Positions 36,645 to 48,829 of a stretch of 64,000 nt of DNA are shown here, piece after piece. Source of the stretch: Octopus bimaculoides (taxonomy: Eukaryota); contig NC_068981.1 of the NCBI RefSeq assembly GCF_001194135.2, positions 125,332,422 through 125,396,421 of the forward strand, in the 5' to 3' direction. Every line of letters starts with the position of its first letter. The first letter of the stretch is position 1. A program made the position numbers and the translations under genes. The notes under the pieces are model-generated. The model was not told the origin of the DNA, searched no databases, and worked only from the letters and a program-made list of their open reading frames with translations.

Positions 36645-38566
36645 ATCATTAAGTATATAACATGCTGAATGAGCAGAGCTAAGTTGCTGACCTTATATGT
36701 AAATATATGTGCAACGGAAATTTTTAACAGTAACAATTAGGGAAAAAAACGAACAAAAACAGTAGTTTTGCATTATTATCACAGAATGTTTTAGCTTAAA
36801 AGTTCTAAGATAGCAGTTTGGATATTCAGATACACAAACATTATGAAGGCAGTAGAATCAAATGTTTTGCTTACAGAACATGTCTGATGTGTGCAAAAAA
36901 TAAAGTGGTCAACATCTTCCAATTAATAGAAGAAAAAAAACTGAACATTTTATAATGATTTTGAAGATATAGTTTCAGTTTAAGAAGAAAAAAATATTCA
37001 ACAGTAAATTATCTTCAGAATCTGTTTGGAAAATACCACAAATTCTTCATAATTAATAATACAGAATTTTATTTTAGAACTATGTGTTAGCAAAGGAAAA
37101 TATCTCATAGTTGAAAAACGGACACTAATTTTTCAGGAACTTTTCTTGTTCAACCTTGTTTATTCAACTGATGGAGGATATGTATATTATTACAATACAT
37201 TCTTTTACTTGTTTTCTTTTCAAAATTATGATGAATTAAATGCACAAAATTCAACCTTAACATGTTTCTTTTCATACCAAACCTTAGATTCATAGAAACT
37301 AAGTTTCATATTTGAATTTATTACCACTTTGGCAATCACATTGTTTATCATACTTTCAACAAGACAAAAAGAAAAGTAGTGTATCGTATAGTAAACAAAT
37401 ATAATATTCCTGTTATCTAAAAATTGTATTACTATTCATTTTGTTCACAAGTTAATATGACAAAAGTTATGAAAGTTGTTATCAATCATACATCACCTAA
37501 GTCAGACGAAGCAGTTAACATTTCTCACATGCAAAGTGTTCGTAATCATGCACTAACAAATAATAAGTAAATACATAAATACATAAATAAATCTGTTTAT
37601 AATGCACAAACCCAATTTTCAATGATACAGTAATGATAATTAGTCACAACAAATTAATAATTTCAAATAAAAGTTATTTCATTTAAACTTAAAACCTGAA
37701 TTAGATATTTGTATGTAAACCACAAAGACTTTACAGTGTGCTTGTATGTTTATGTGCATTAAAAATAAATGATCTAGTACTGAGACAGAAACTAAAATAG
37801 TACAGAAATTAGCAGCAAAATTTCAAATTTCTGTTGCTACATAATGCACAATATGTGAAACAAAGATGAAACATCGATGAACTTTGATATGCTCGGCACT
37901 TGAACTACAGATACAGAGATCATAAAAAGATTGTTACTAAAAACAATAAGACATGAATAAATAAGATTTACTCTAGAACTTTCATGCATTACATAAGTGG
38001 AACTAAGCTCAACCCAATCATAATTTCCTTGAGAAAAATGGTGCCTAAATGAGAACTTACGTGGAGTGGTTTTGTTGACATAAATGGAAATATCTTTAAT
38101 GCTATGTGGAAACCTTTATAACTTTGGTAACTGTAAATTACAAGTGTTGGTTTTAGTTCACTGTATACCAAAACATGTTAAAAACATATTTACCTTGTTC
38201 AAAATTTCCATACATTGAACCAAAGTCGACACTTGTAAGCTACTGCTGTAAGCAGTCTTAAGTAGTGAGTACACCTCAAAAGCTACATTTCAAATGGAGA
38301 TTCTGGGAATCAAGTTTTGCATCCAGTCACCTTATCATTGTCATCAGGAATTTTACATGCAGATTTTTAATACTAGATGAAACTTACTGAGTCAGTATTG
38401 AAGGCCAGATGCACTTCCTATTGCCAATCCTGGTTTTGAAATAAAGTATTTATTTGTTTCTATGATAAATGTAAACAGCAACATCTTCACCTAAATTGTG
38501 ATATCTTTTAAGCTAGAGCATATAAATAATGTCAGGGTACAAATACACACACGTTGTATACTTGAA

Positions 38567-38606
<40 letters not shown>

Positions 38607-39176
38607 TACATATATCTGTATCTGTCTGTCTGTGTGTGTGTAATTATGTACGTATATATATGATGGGCTTCTGTACAGTTTCCCACTGCCAATCCCATGT
38701 ATAATGCATTGGTCAACCTGTGGCTATAGTAGAAGACAACTACTCACAGCACCACGCAATGGGAACAAACCCAAAGCCAAGTGGTTGCAAATATTCTTGA
38801 CCACATAGCCATGCCTACACCAACATAAGCAGTTGCCTTTTCTCTCCCCAATCAGGTATCAGCTGCTCATCTTTCATAACTTTATACTAACCTGCACTAA
38901 TTGAGCTCTAACAAGAGTCATTATGTGGTTGCTTGACCTGCTAGGAAAAGGTACCAAATGTCCCTCAGATCACTCCCCACTGTATTAAAAACAGGAAGGA
39001 AACATTAGACAATGTAGTCTTATACATCCCTCAAAAATGATGTCATGGTCACTTTTGTTTACTTTTGACAATTGGCCTGCCGAATGACAATTTGACCTAG
39101 AGTTAAGCAACAGCTTGTGCTTATACAGTTGAACTAATAGTGAAATAGTACAAATACATTCAGTACATTTTCAGTC

Positions 39177-39225
<49 letters not shown>

Positions 39226-39466
39226 ATGCATGCGTGCGTGCGTGTGTACATAACTTCAGGTTAGCTAACGCATCTGCTAATCTACATTTTTTTGAAAGGC
39301 CTCATCTGAATGAGAACCTTGAAAATGTTGCATAAAAGAGTACTCTGACAATGGAGAGTGGTTGTTTACAGTTCATCAGCTGTTGCATATGACAATGAGT
39401 ACATCCCAGCAATGTTTAGAACATTGTTATAGTAAGATAGGTTAGGTTTATAATACATCTTTTAGT

Positions 39467-39850
39467 GGAGGCGCAATGGCCCAGTGGTTAGGGCAACGGA
39501 TTCGCGGTCATAGGATCGCGGTTTCGATTCCCAGACTGGGCGTTGTGAGTGTTTATTGAGCGAAAACACCTAAAGCCCCACGAGGCTCCGGCAGGGGATG
39601 GTGGCGAACCCTGCTGTACTCTTCCACCACAACTTTCTCTCACTCTTACTTCCTGTTTCTGTTGTGCCTGTAATTCAAAGGGTCAGCCTTGTCACACTGT
39701 GTCACGCTGAATATCCCCCGAGAACTACGTTAAGGGTACACGTGTCTGTGGAGTGCTCAGCCATTTGCACGTTAATTTCACGAGCAGGTTGTTCCGTTGA
39801 TCGGTTCAACTGGAACCCTCGACGTCGTAAGCGACGGAGTGCCAACAACA
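39467..39850 (+). mobile_element. Full-length young tRNA-Arg-like SINE with 15-bp TSD
   Basis: GGAGGCGCAATGGCCCAGTGGTTAGGGC...TCG anticodon-like loop...GTTTCGATTCC. TSD ataatacatctttta at 39450-39464 and 39851-39865. May correspond to the described octopus OR-type SINEs (not verified). Confidence 0.9.
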
Positions 39851-40029
39851 ATAATACATCTTTTATTATCTTGATGTAACCTTACTACAAATCTAGCCTC
39901 CCAATAATACCTGTACATTGAATAAAGAAATACTGAGTGGTAACCCATAGAAGCTATGTATTTCATGCTACTTAACTTTGGTAGCCTCTAGAAACAGTGT
40001 ATCTTATGCTATTATCCATCATGATTGAT

Positions 40030-40440
40030 GACACTCTGAACACCAAATGAAAACCTGGCTTTGATTAACTGTTGATTCTGTACAAAGCTCATCTAAAGCT
40101 CAAAGTAGAATACTGCTCCAACATCTGGGATGGTGCCACTGCTACACATAAACATCCTAGATAACATTCAAAAGAAGGCTATCTACCTGATAGGAAAATA
40201 CACAATTCAACCTCTAATTCTTATATGGAGTGTCCTTACTCTATCTTTTCTATTTGTTCTATAACCTCTGCCGTTCAGAAGCACTTTTATACCATCACCA
40301 GCTAACCCATTCAACACATCTCTCTCTTTCATCTTGTTATCCATACTATGTATCGCTTACTGCTTACAAACCCCATGCTAATCTCCCTGACCATTCTTTC
40401 ATTCCTTGAACATCAACTCACTCAATATTTTCCTGCAGAC
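40030..40440 (+). mobile_element. CR1/L2/Jockey-group LINE RT C-terminal fragment
   Basis: Reads LILYKAHLKLKVEYCSNIWDGA, then (shifted) ILDNIQKKAIYLIG; resembles LYKAQxRPxxEYCSxxW...LDxIQxxAxRxI. Confidence 0.6.
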
Positions 40441-40630
40441 ATTGATTTACAAATGTTTAACGCTTTAGTATTTAATTCAGCCATATCCGCCCCAAATATT
40501 CTCCATGTATTATGTTAAAACTGATCAGATCCAACCTCTCACACCCACCCTACAATGTCATTCTAAAAATATACAAAAGCACCATTGAAATCTTGAAACA
40601 ACAGGAAAATGTGTGATTAATTCAGAACAT

Positions 40631-41333
40631 AGGCACAGGAATGGCTGTGTGGTAAGTAGCTTGCTTACCAACCACATGGTTCCGGGTTCAGTCCCACTGC
40701 GTGGCACCTTCGGCAAGTGTCTTCTGCTATAGCCTTGGGCCGACCAAAGCCTTGTGAGTGGATTTGGTAGACGGAAACTGAAAGAAGGCCCTTGTATATA
40801 TNNNNNNNNNNNNNNNNNNNNNNNNNNNNNNNNNNNNNNNNNNNNNNNNNNNNNNNNNNNNNNNNNNNNNNNNNNNNNNNNNNNNNNNNNNNNNNNNNNN
40901 NNNNNNNNNNNNNNNNNNNNNNNNNNNNNNNNNNNNNNNNNNNNNNNNNNNNNNNNNNNNNNNNNNNNNNNNNNNNNNNNNNNNNNNNNNNNNNNNNNNN
41001 NNNNNNNNNNNNNNNNNNNNNNNNNNNNNNNNNNNNNNNNNNNNNNNNNNNNNNNNNNNNNNNNNNNNNNNNNNNNNNNNNNNNNNNNNNNNNNNNNNNN
41101 NNNNGAGTGTATGTATATGTTTGTGTGTCTGTGTTTGTCCCCCCCAACATCGCTTGACAACCGATGCTGGTGTGTTTACGTCCCCGTAACTTAGCAGTTC
41201 GGCAAAAGAGACTGATAGAATAATTGCTAGGCTTACAAAGAATAAGTCTTGGGGTCGATTTGCTCGACTAAAGGCGGTGCTCCAGCATGGCCACAGTCAA
41301 ATGACTGAAACAAGTAAAAGAGTAAAAGAGTAA
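40631..41333 (+). mobile_element. Best-preserved SINE family A copy, with N gap (40802-41104) in its microsatellite middle
   Basis: A-box-like TGGCTGTGTGG, B-box-like GGTTCAGTCCC; tail ...ccagcatggccacagtcaaatgactgaaacaagtaaaagagtaaaagag. Confidence 0.9.
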
Positions 41334-41829
41334 ATAAGCAATACATTTGACAGAGAAATCTGAATGTTAAATGGTTGATATACTGAACACTAGTTGTATC
41401 AATCTCAGCAGTCTCCAGAAGTTGGCAAAAGACAGGAGCATTGTCTTGCCCTCACAACATTAAAAAGAAATAAATGAAGTAACCTGTTTCATTCAAGATG
41501 ATTCTATATATACACAGACATAAATTAGGATCTATATAATTTTGTTATAATGTATCATTGAAACTGTACCATCTGTTGCTTATGTGACCTAACTGTCATG
41601 CCAGTGAGAGAAAAATGCATTTATTGATAACATTCACTCTCATTGAATTCAGTTGTACAACAACAAATCTGAATTGAACACTAAACTACAGTTCAAAGGG
41701 TGTGTTGCAGCAAAATGGAGAATCTGTACAGGATGGAGAGAAAGATGAACCATTACAAATTAGACACACAGTATGATTTAATGATGTAGTAAAAATCTCA
41801 GGTAATACAGTTACAAGATACATACATAC

Positions 41830-42370
41830 ATCATCATTGTCATCATCGTTTAATGTCCACTTTCCATGCTGGCATGGGTTGGACGGTTTGACTGACAACT
41901 GGCGAGCCAAATAGCTGTACCAGGCTCCAACTGATCTGGCAGAGTTTCTACAGCTGGATGCCCTTCCTAACGCCAACTACTCTGAGAGTGTAGTGGGTGC
42001 TTTTACATGCCACTAGCACAAGGGCTAGTCAGGCAGATCTGGCAATGGCCATGCTCAAATGGTGTTTTTTTATGTGCCACCTGCACAGGAGCCAGTCCAG
42101 CGGCACTGGCAACAACCTCGCTCGACTGTTGCTTTTCACATGCCACAGGCACAAGTGCCAGTAAGGCGATGCTGGTAACGATTACGCTTGAATGGTGCTG
42201 TTTATGTACCACCGGCACGGGAGTCAGTCAGCGGCCCTGGTAACGATCATGTTCGGATGGTGCTTTTAACGTTCCACTGGCATGGGTGCCAGTCAGGTGG
42301 TGCTGTCATTGGCCATGTCAGCAAATTTGATCTTGACTGTGATTTCACTTGCCTCAACAGGTCTTCGCAA
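41830..42370 (-). mobile_element. Family D element with five internal ~65-bp units and RTE-type tail
   Basis: Unit core ggtgc/t-tttt-acatgccac-tggcac at ~41996, 42061, 42128, 42194 and 42259; (CAT)n tail at 41830. Confidence 0.85.
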
Positions 42371-44089
42371 GCAATGCACAAGTAGGCTTGAAACATTAAA
42401 AAAGTTGAATATATTTGATAATCAGAAAAAGAAAATTGAGTAATTGTTTTCTTTTTATCAATAAATATGGGAGATAAATCTGAACAGTTTCTCTTGCTTG
42501 GAATCTTCAGTAGACAGATATATAATCCTGTTATAATAGCTGAAGTGTTGATGACTGAATCAACTCTGTGAACATGCAATAGCAAATATTTGTTAAGAGA
42601 GAGAAAGCAAGGAATAGTAGAGTGGGGAGAAAAGAAACTTGCATACAAATTGAAGTTTTCAGGCACTATCTACATGATAAACGATAAGTAGGCAAAAGCA
42701 TTTTTAATGGCATATAACTTGGCTATAAATCTTTTGCGTGCAGGTGTATGTGTGTGTGTGTGTGTGTGTTTTCATGTATGTGCATGCACTTTTATGTACT
42801 CATGTGTGCATTAACCCATTGATTTTATTCTAACATCTACCAATCAACTTGCTTTTAAACTGTTTGAATTTCAGACATCAATAGGAATTCATTTAATCTT
42901 CTCTGTAGAGTTATATAATCAAAATAGCATGATTGGCTCAGGTGATGATGCTGCAGCCACATTTTACTAGTCTATCTGTGTAAAAATCTTAAGTTTTTTT
43001 TCTTCTGACACAAGTATGTCCACTGAATGCATATAATCCTTTCTACTACAGGCACAAGACATGAAATTTTATAGGGAGGGGGCTAGTTGATACACATCAA
43101 GCCCATTGCTCAAATGGTACTAATTTTATTGAGCCCCAAAAGGTTGAACGGTAAAGTCAACATCAACAGAATTTCAACTCAACATAAAAGTCAGAAGAAA
43201 TGCTGCTAAGTATTTGGTCCAATGTGTTCACCATTCTGTCATCTTCATACCTCACTGAATGTTATAATAACAAATATAATCAATAATTGCAACATTATTT
43301 TAGATGATTGATTGTAAGAGTTGTTGGTGTCAGATAAAATATGTTACAATATTTGTTCTGGCTTTCTGTGCTCTGAACTCAAATCTTACCATCATGGTGA
43401 GATTTGCTTTTCATCCTTCCAGGGTCAAGGTCATTAAAGAAAGGATTCTTTCTTTGTGTTGGTATACCCCACTGTTCTCTCCCTCTCCCCCTCTCTCTCC
43501 CTCCCCTCTCTCTCTCCCTCCTCCCTCTCTCTCCCCAGTAGTCATAGCCTGGATGTTCCATTGGAACCTTACATAAAACATCTCTGTGCCATATCAGAGA
43601 AGTGGCTCAACAAGAACATGAAAGATTAATTTTAAGGGATTAGCTTAAAGTAAACATTGCAATTCCAAATAATTCTTTCTACTATAAGCACAAGGCTTGA
43701 AACTTTGGAGATGCAAGCTAGTCAATTACATTGACCCCAGTGCTCAAATGGTACTTATTTCATTGATTCTGAAAGGCAAGGCAGACCTTGACAGAATTGA
43801 ACTCACAATGTAAAACCAGAATAGATGCTGCTAAGCATTTTGTCTAGTATGCTAACAAATCTGCTAGCTCACCACCTTCCAAAGTCTAAATATTTGTTGA
43901 AAGCTAACCATGGATTTGCTGTTTGAGGGAGAAAATCCATTCTACACTCATCCATCCAGTATTAGTTTTATATTTGAACAGACAGCATGAATATTGCCTG
44001 CGAGTAACTAGAAAACTTTTATCATTTATTGTATTTATGATACTCAAAGTATTATAATTATTAAAGAAAGAGAAGGGTGCTCATGAATC

Positions 44090-44640
44090 ACCCTGAAATT
44101 ATGGTCATTATTTCACCATCAAGACAATGACTTCAATCACTACTTCAGGGAATGATGGCCCCGTCTGACATGAGTTCCAGTTTTAGATGGTTACAGTTGA
44201 CTGTATTTGGTATGAGTCCTTGTACAAGGTTGTAGAACCCTTGGAAAAACTACTGAAATACATGATTGATATCAAGCAGAGGATAAGCATATCACATTGG
44301 TAGATAATGAGCTCTTTAACTTTAGCTGGTAATCCCCAAGAGATATGGTTTCTGAATAAAAACAAGGGTTAGTGGTCAACCTCAATAACTGATATGATTA
44401 CATGATGCATATAGTCATATCAATTATTTTTCTGGAAAAGTGCATCGCATAATTAATTGCACCATGGTTCAAAAACATCAAGGAACTGTACATATTAGTA
44501 GATCTATGATGTTTGATTCAGCCCCTTTCACATTAGGTCCCATTTCAGAACTTGTTCACCACGAGGAAGCCATTGAAGAAGTCACCTTAAATTCTTCTGG
44601 ACACATCATTTCTAGTATTGAGAAAGTTTGAGCATGGCAA
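44090..44640 (-). pseudogene. Highly decayed RT fragments resembling HERO-clade (RLE) non-LTR elements
   Basis: STNMYSS...AMHFSRKIIDM (cf. DLANAYGSVPH...YHxPxKI), then GLPAKVKELIIYQ (cf. GLPGKFKxWIYQ) and TTLY...QIQ. Central RT is deleted. Confidence 0.35.
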
Positions 44641-45429
44641 CTAATTAGATTTATGTCAACTGCTCTAGTTAACATTTTTAATGCTCAAACTTAAAATATT
44701 ATAAGTCATACAAGAATAAGTAAAAGATGCGAAGATATAAGTGATTTGCCATACAAGAGCACACACTCTTTCATCCTAACACTGATATTGACTATTATTA
44801 ATCTGTTGATAGCTACAGACTAATTATTTCATCTGCAATCAAGAACAGTGTAAATTCCACTATTAGTGGGCTAATTTATCTCTTTTCATCACAAGAAGAT
44901 TTTGATAGCCTCTTCCATAAAGAATCTATATCAGCATGTATGTTAGCTCTGAAATTTGGGGCTATCTTAAAAATAACTATTATTTCCCACAAGAGTCTTC
45001 ATAATTCTGCTGAAGAGTCAAAAGTGTCCTATCATAATTTATGTTGCATTCTTGACCATATTATATCCTACAATTTTTTTACTAGTCCCAGAGGACTCTA
45101 ATGCAAAAATAAGTTTATGGCTGCTAAATTTACTTTTAGCATGCAAAGAGAAATTGGTGGGGAGGGGGACTGCCTGATTTCTTGGAAGAATACAGCATTC
45201 TTGCCAATAAAGTTTTTATGAAGTTAAGTAATCAGCTTTGGGCCTTTGAATATCCAAATGGTGATTGTGCCTAAATTAACTAAAATATTTTCAGACAATC
45301 TATTTATGAGAAATTGATTAAGCTAGGAAAAGACATGTAAAATAATTCATGAAAGACAAATAGATTTGCTAAAAATATGTAGGTTGAAATATTCATTATA
45401 TAAAGTAATTTAGAAAAACTGTTGCCCAA

Positions 45430-45790
45430 CTCTTTCTTTCAATTGTAATATTCTAAAAGAACTGTGTGAACTAGGCTGTAAAGATTTTCATGATGTGGCA
45501 AAATCAATTTCATAGCTGCTAAAACTTTACTTAAGAGAAAATTCAATTTATTTCTAAATGAAATTAAATCAGTTTACAATATTTTCATAATGTACAATAT
45601 TGTAAAATTGTTGAATTTTGGTCAAGTACTTGAAAGGTTTCTTCAGTGTTTAAGTGAAATCAGGCTATCTTTAGATATGAAAAACATGGAGCGTGGTTTT
45701 CCTGAGTGAAATGATATTGCTAAATTCTTTTGTTAAAACTTAAATTTTTCTTTAATTTTTTATTACATATGAATGAAATACTATTTTGAT
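45430..45790 (+). pseudogene. hAT (Charlie/SPIN/GTF2IRD2-like) transposase fragment
   Basis: SFNCNILKELC (cf. FHCIIHxExLC) and INFIAAKTLLKRKFNLFLNEIKSVYNIFIMYNIVKLLNFGQVLERFLQCLSEIRLSL (cf. VRWLSxGxVLERF). Confidence 0.65.
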
Positions 45791-46078
45791 AGAATTAAAA
45801 TGCACATACTGTATCTCATCATAAAGCATTTGTCTTCTCAAACTCAGCAATAAAAAATCATTATGCGAAGGTAACATTTTACTTTTCATTTTATTATCCT
45901 ACTTTTAAAAGTATATCTTGGAATTTGAAGTTATATTTCATTAAATTTCCAGTTTCAAAAATATAACAGAATAGTAAATCAATTATTTAAACATTTATCC
46001 AAAACTAAAATATGCAAATATACACATTCATAAAAATAACAAGATTTCTTTTGGAAAAATTATAGATTTCAATATGCC

Positions 46079-46640
46079 ATGCTAAAAGTTTCAGCTTACA
46101 CTTATCCTATGAGAATCACTAACTGGTATAAGATGAAGGAAGACCCAAAACTTTGTCACGGGTATATCACTAATGCCTATAAAAGACTTGAAGAGCTGTT
46201 TTCTACTCTTGATCCAGATGAAATTGAGTATAAAGATGAAGCACTTGCCAGAGTTAATGAGAAGGCAGCCTTAAAAACCCTCCCCCAAAAGACAAAGCTT
46301 AAGAGAGATCACTCAGCCAACTTAGTTGGCTCAAAAAGCAAGGAAGACTATGAGAAACTATACTCAATTAAACAAGAAAGCACTTAGTTGTGTTAAAAAG
46401 AAAATAAATAAAGCTCAGTTGGAAGCTGAAGTAAACTATATCAAGGGAAATATTAATAAGTCAGAAATTCTAACACACAAGTAAAAAGCATCCACCTGCA
46501 TTGGTGAATATGATTATAGACACTATCAGTGGAAAGGAAAATCACAAATAACTATTAAAGGGTATCCATTAAGAAAATGCTACCATATTGGTTTGATCAT
46601 TTCAAAAGTTCTGTAGGTAAACCTCTAACTCTTCGAGAAG
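46079..46640 (+). pseudogene. BEL/Pao-like gag N-terminal remnant
   Basis: 102-aa ORF with CHGYITNAYKRLEEL...LARVNEKAALKTL (helical gag N-terminus pattern). Downstream PYWFDHFKSSV resembles the WxxFWDxFxxxV motif of DUF1759. Confidence 0.45.
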
Positions 46641-48050
46641 ACAGAAAAACTACCAAAAGCTGTCATTTCTGATACCTTTAATATTGAAATGACATACTTT
46701 CCGTGAATTAACTATCTAAAAAAATGTATTGAAATTCATTAAACTAAAAAAGCAGTCAGTCTTGATAATATCTCAGCAATCACATTTTTAATATGATAGT
46801 CATTTTTTATATTACATAATTTTTGATATCTGTATTCGCATTTTTGAACCTTATATTTTTTCATCCATTTTTTTCAAAAACAAATTCTTGTTTCTAAGCA
46901 AGGTGATCTCATATTGCCAACTGACTATTGAGGGGTATCTTATCTTTACTTCCTATTTCTGCTAAGTTATACAACAAAATAATTTTCAATCTTCTATTAC
47001 TTATTGTGGAATCACTTCTAAAGAAAAAATCTAAAGGATCAAACTTGAGTCAAGACATCAACAATTCAATGAACCATTAAAGAAATAATTCAATAATTGC
47101 AATCTAGAAGTGTTGCTAATATAGAGGCAAATTGGCAAAACAGTCAAACATCCAACAAAATGCTTGGTAGTATTTCTTTTGGTGCTTTACATTCTGAGTT
47201 CAAAATCCACCCAGATCAATTTATCTTTCATCCTTCAGAGTCATTAAAACGAAGTACCAGTCAAGTACTGACTAAATATAATTGACTGCTTCCCTCCTGC
47301 AAACTTCTGAGCTTGTGCCTAAGTTAGAACCAAAATATATTTCTCAGCTTTTGCCATTTTGTTACTATTTTGATATCAAAAAGGCTAAAAGACTACTTCT
47401 TCTGTTCTCAGAGCAAAAATGTTGAAGATACGACAGCTGTATGGTATTCTTCAACAGATAACAATGCTATTAAAATACTTTATACAAATATAAAATCCAC
47501 AAATAGAGACACTTTGGAGAATATATGAGGAAAATACGAACCTCAAACAAAATAACAACAAAACTGCAGACAATGACAATAAAAGCATTCTGTTACAAAC
47601 ATTGATACTATAAACCACAAAAATAGATCTAGCACATGTGAAACAAATAAAATAAATAACAAAATAATAAAATGAAAACCTAGAACTCCTACAGAATACT
47701 GAGCAGCAAAAACCAGACCAGAACTCATATCATTACCTAGTCAAGCTTGCTCAAATATCTTTAACCTGTGCATGCCATCCATCTTGGTTCTGCATTAATT
47801 GAGGGAGGTCTTTGCAGAGGTCACTTGCCAGTTTTTGTTTAACTCACCAGCAATATCCCATAAAATGCAAGAACCTTTCCCTTGTGATGGTGGAAAGAGG
47901 TAGATCTCCATGCAGTGGTTTCTTGATGGGATGAGTTCTCCAAGATACTCCTCTTAACATTCAGGTGCAAGTTCTACACTAATGAAAACGGGAATAAAAT
48001 GGATTGTAAGAAAAATTTAAGAATAGAAAATTTTTTTTAATGGAAAGGTA

Positions 48051-48295
48051 TGGAGGCATGTGGCTTAGAGGTTAGGGTGTTGAACTTATGATCAAAAGAT
48101 TGTAGTTTCGATCACTTGACCAGGCAATGCATTGCGCTCTTGAGCAAAACACCTCATTTCACATTATCTCTGGTTCATTCAGCTGGCAAAAGTGAGTAAT
48201 CCTGCAATGGCCCAGTGTCCCATCCAGGAGGTGAATATATACACCACTGAAACTGGGAAACCGGCCCTATGTGTCTATTTGACTCAGGAAGTATC
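48051..48295 (+). mobile_element. SINE family C with tRNA-like head
   Basis: ggaggcatgtggcttagaggttagggtgttg...gtttcgatc...ctcttgagcaaaacacctcatttcac...cagctggcaaaagtgagt. Confidence 0.75.
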
Positions 48296-48589
48296 TTTAT
48301 CTTTACCTAACAATAAAGGTTGAAATAGTTAAACAATTAAAATTGATAGTAGACCTTCCTACAAACAAACAGAAGTACCTTTCAACCAATAATAGAACTT
48401 TGTCATAAAACAGCAAAGGCAACAAATAATGCAAACTTGTCTTTGATACATTTAATGAAAACAGATGTAAAAAAACAAAATTAAATAATTTATGCAGTAC
48501 CACAACCCATATAGGAATATCAAAATTTAAACAATAAGTAAAACAGAGAAAAGTATAAATTAAAACTTATCTTAATAAAAAAAAAAAAA

Positions 48590-48790
48590 GCTCCTCCCTG
48601 AGTCATACAAACTGGATTCAGTGGCATATACATTCCCCCTGGATGGCAAACCAGTCCATCGCAGAAATACTCAATTTTTTCAGCAGAGTGAACTGGAGCA
48701 ATGTGAAATGAATTGTTTTCCTCAAGAACACAATGCATCATTCAGTCCAGGAATTTAAATCACAATCTTAAGCCATATGCTTCCACTTAA
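48590..48790 (-). mobile_element. SINE family C, inverted relative to 48051-48295
   Basis: ...ccagtccatcgcag...actcaattttttcagcagagtgaactggagcaatgtgaaatgaa...ctcaagaacacaatgcatc. Confidence 0.75.
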
Positions 48791-48829
48791 TCTATCTTGA
48801 TAAATCACAAAAAATCGGGCATTATGAAA

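Noticed and set aside
39467-39540. tRNA-Arg-like cloverleaf as a tRNA gene
   Set aside because: It is the head of a 385-bp SINE with TSD and paralogues; no acceptor-stem closure or oligo-T terminator.
41990-42280. CRISPR-like repeat-spacer array
   Set aside because: Eukaryotic context, degenerate repeats, mutually related spacers, no cas genes; it is internal to a retroposon.
43475-43536. Polypyrimidine (CT-rich) tract with triplex potential
   Set aside because: Ordinary low-complexity repeat with nothing linking it to a function.
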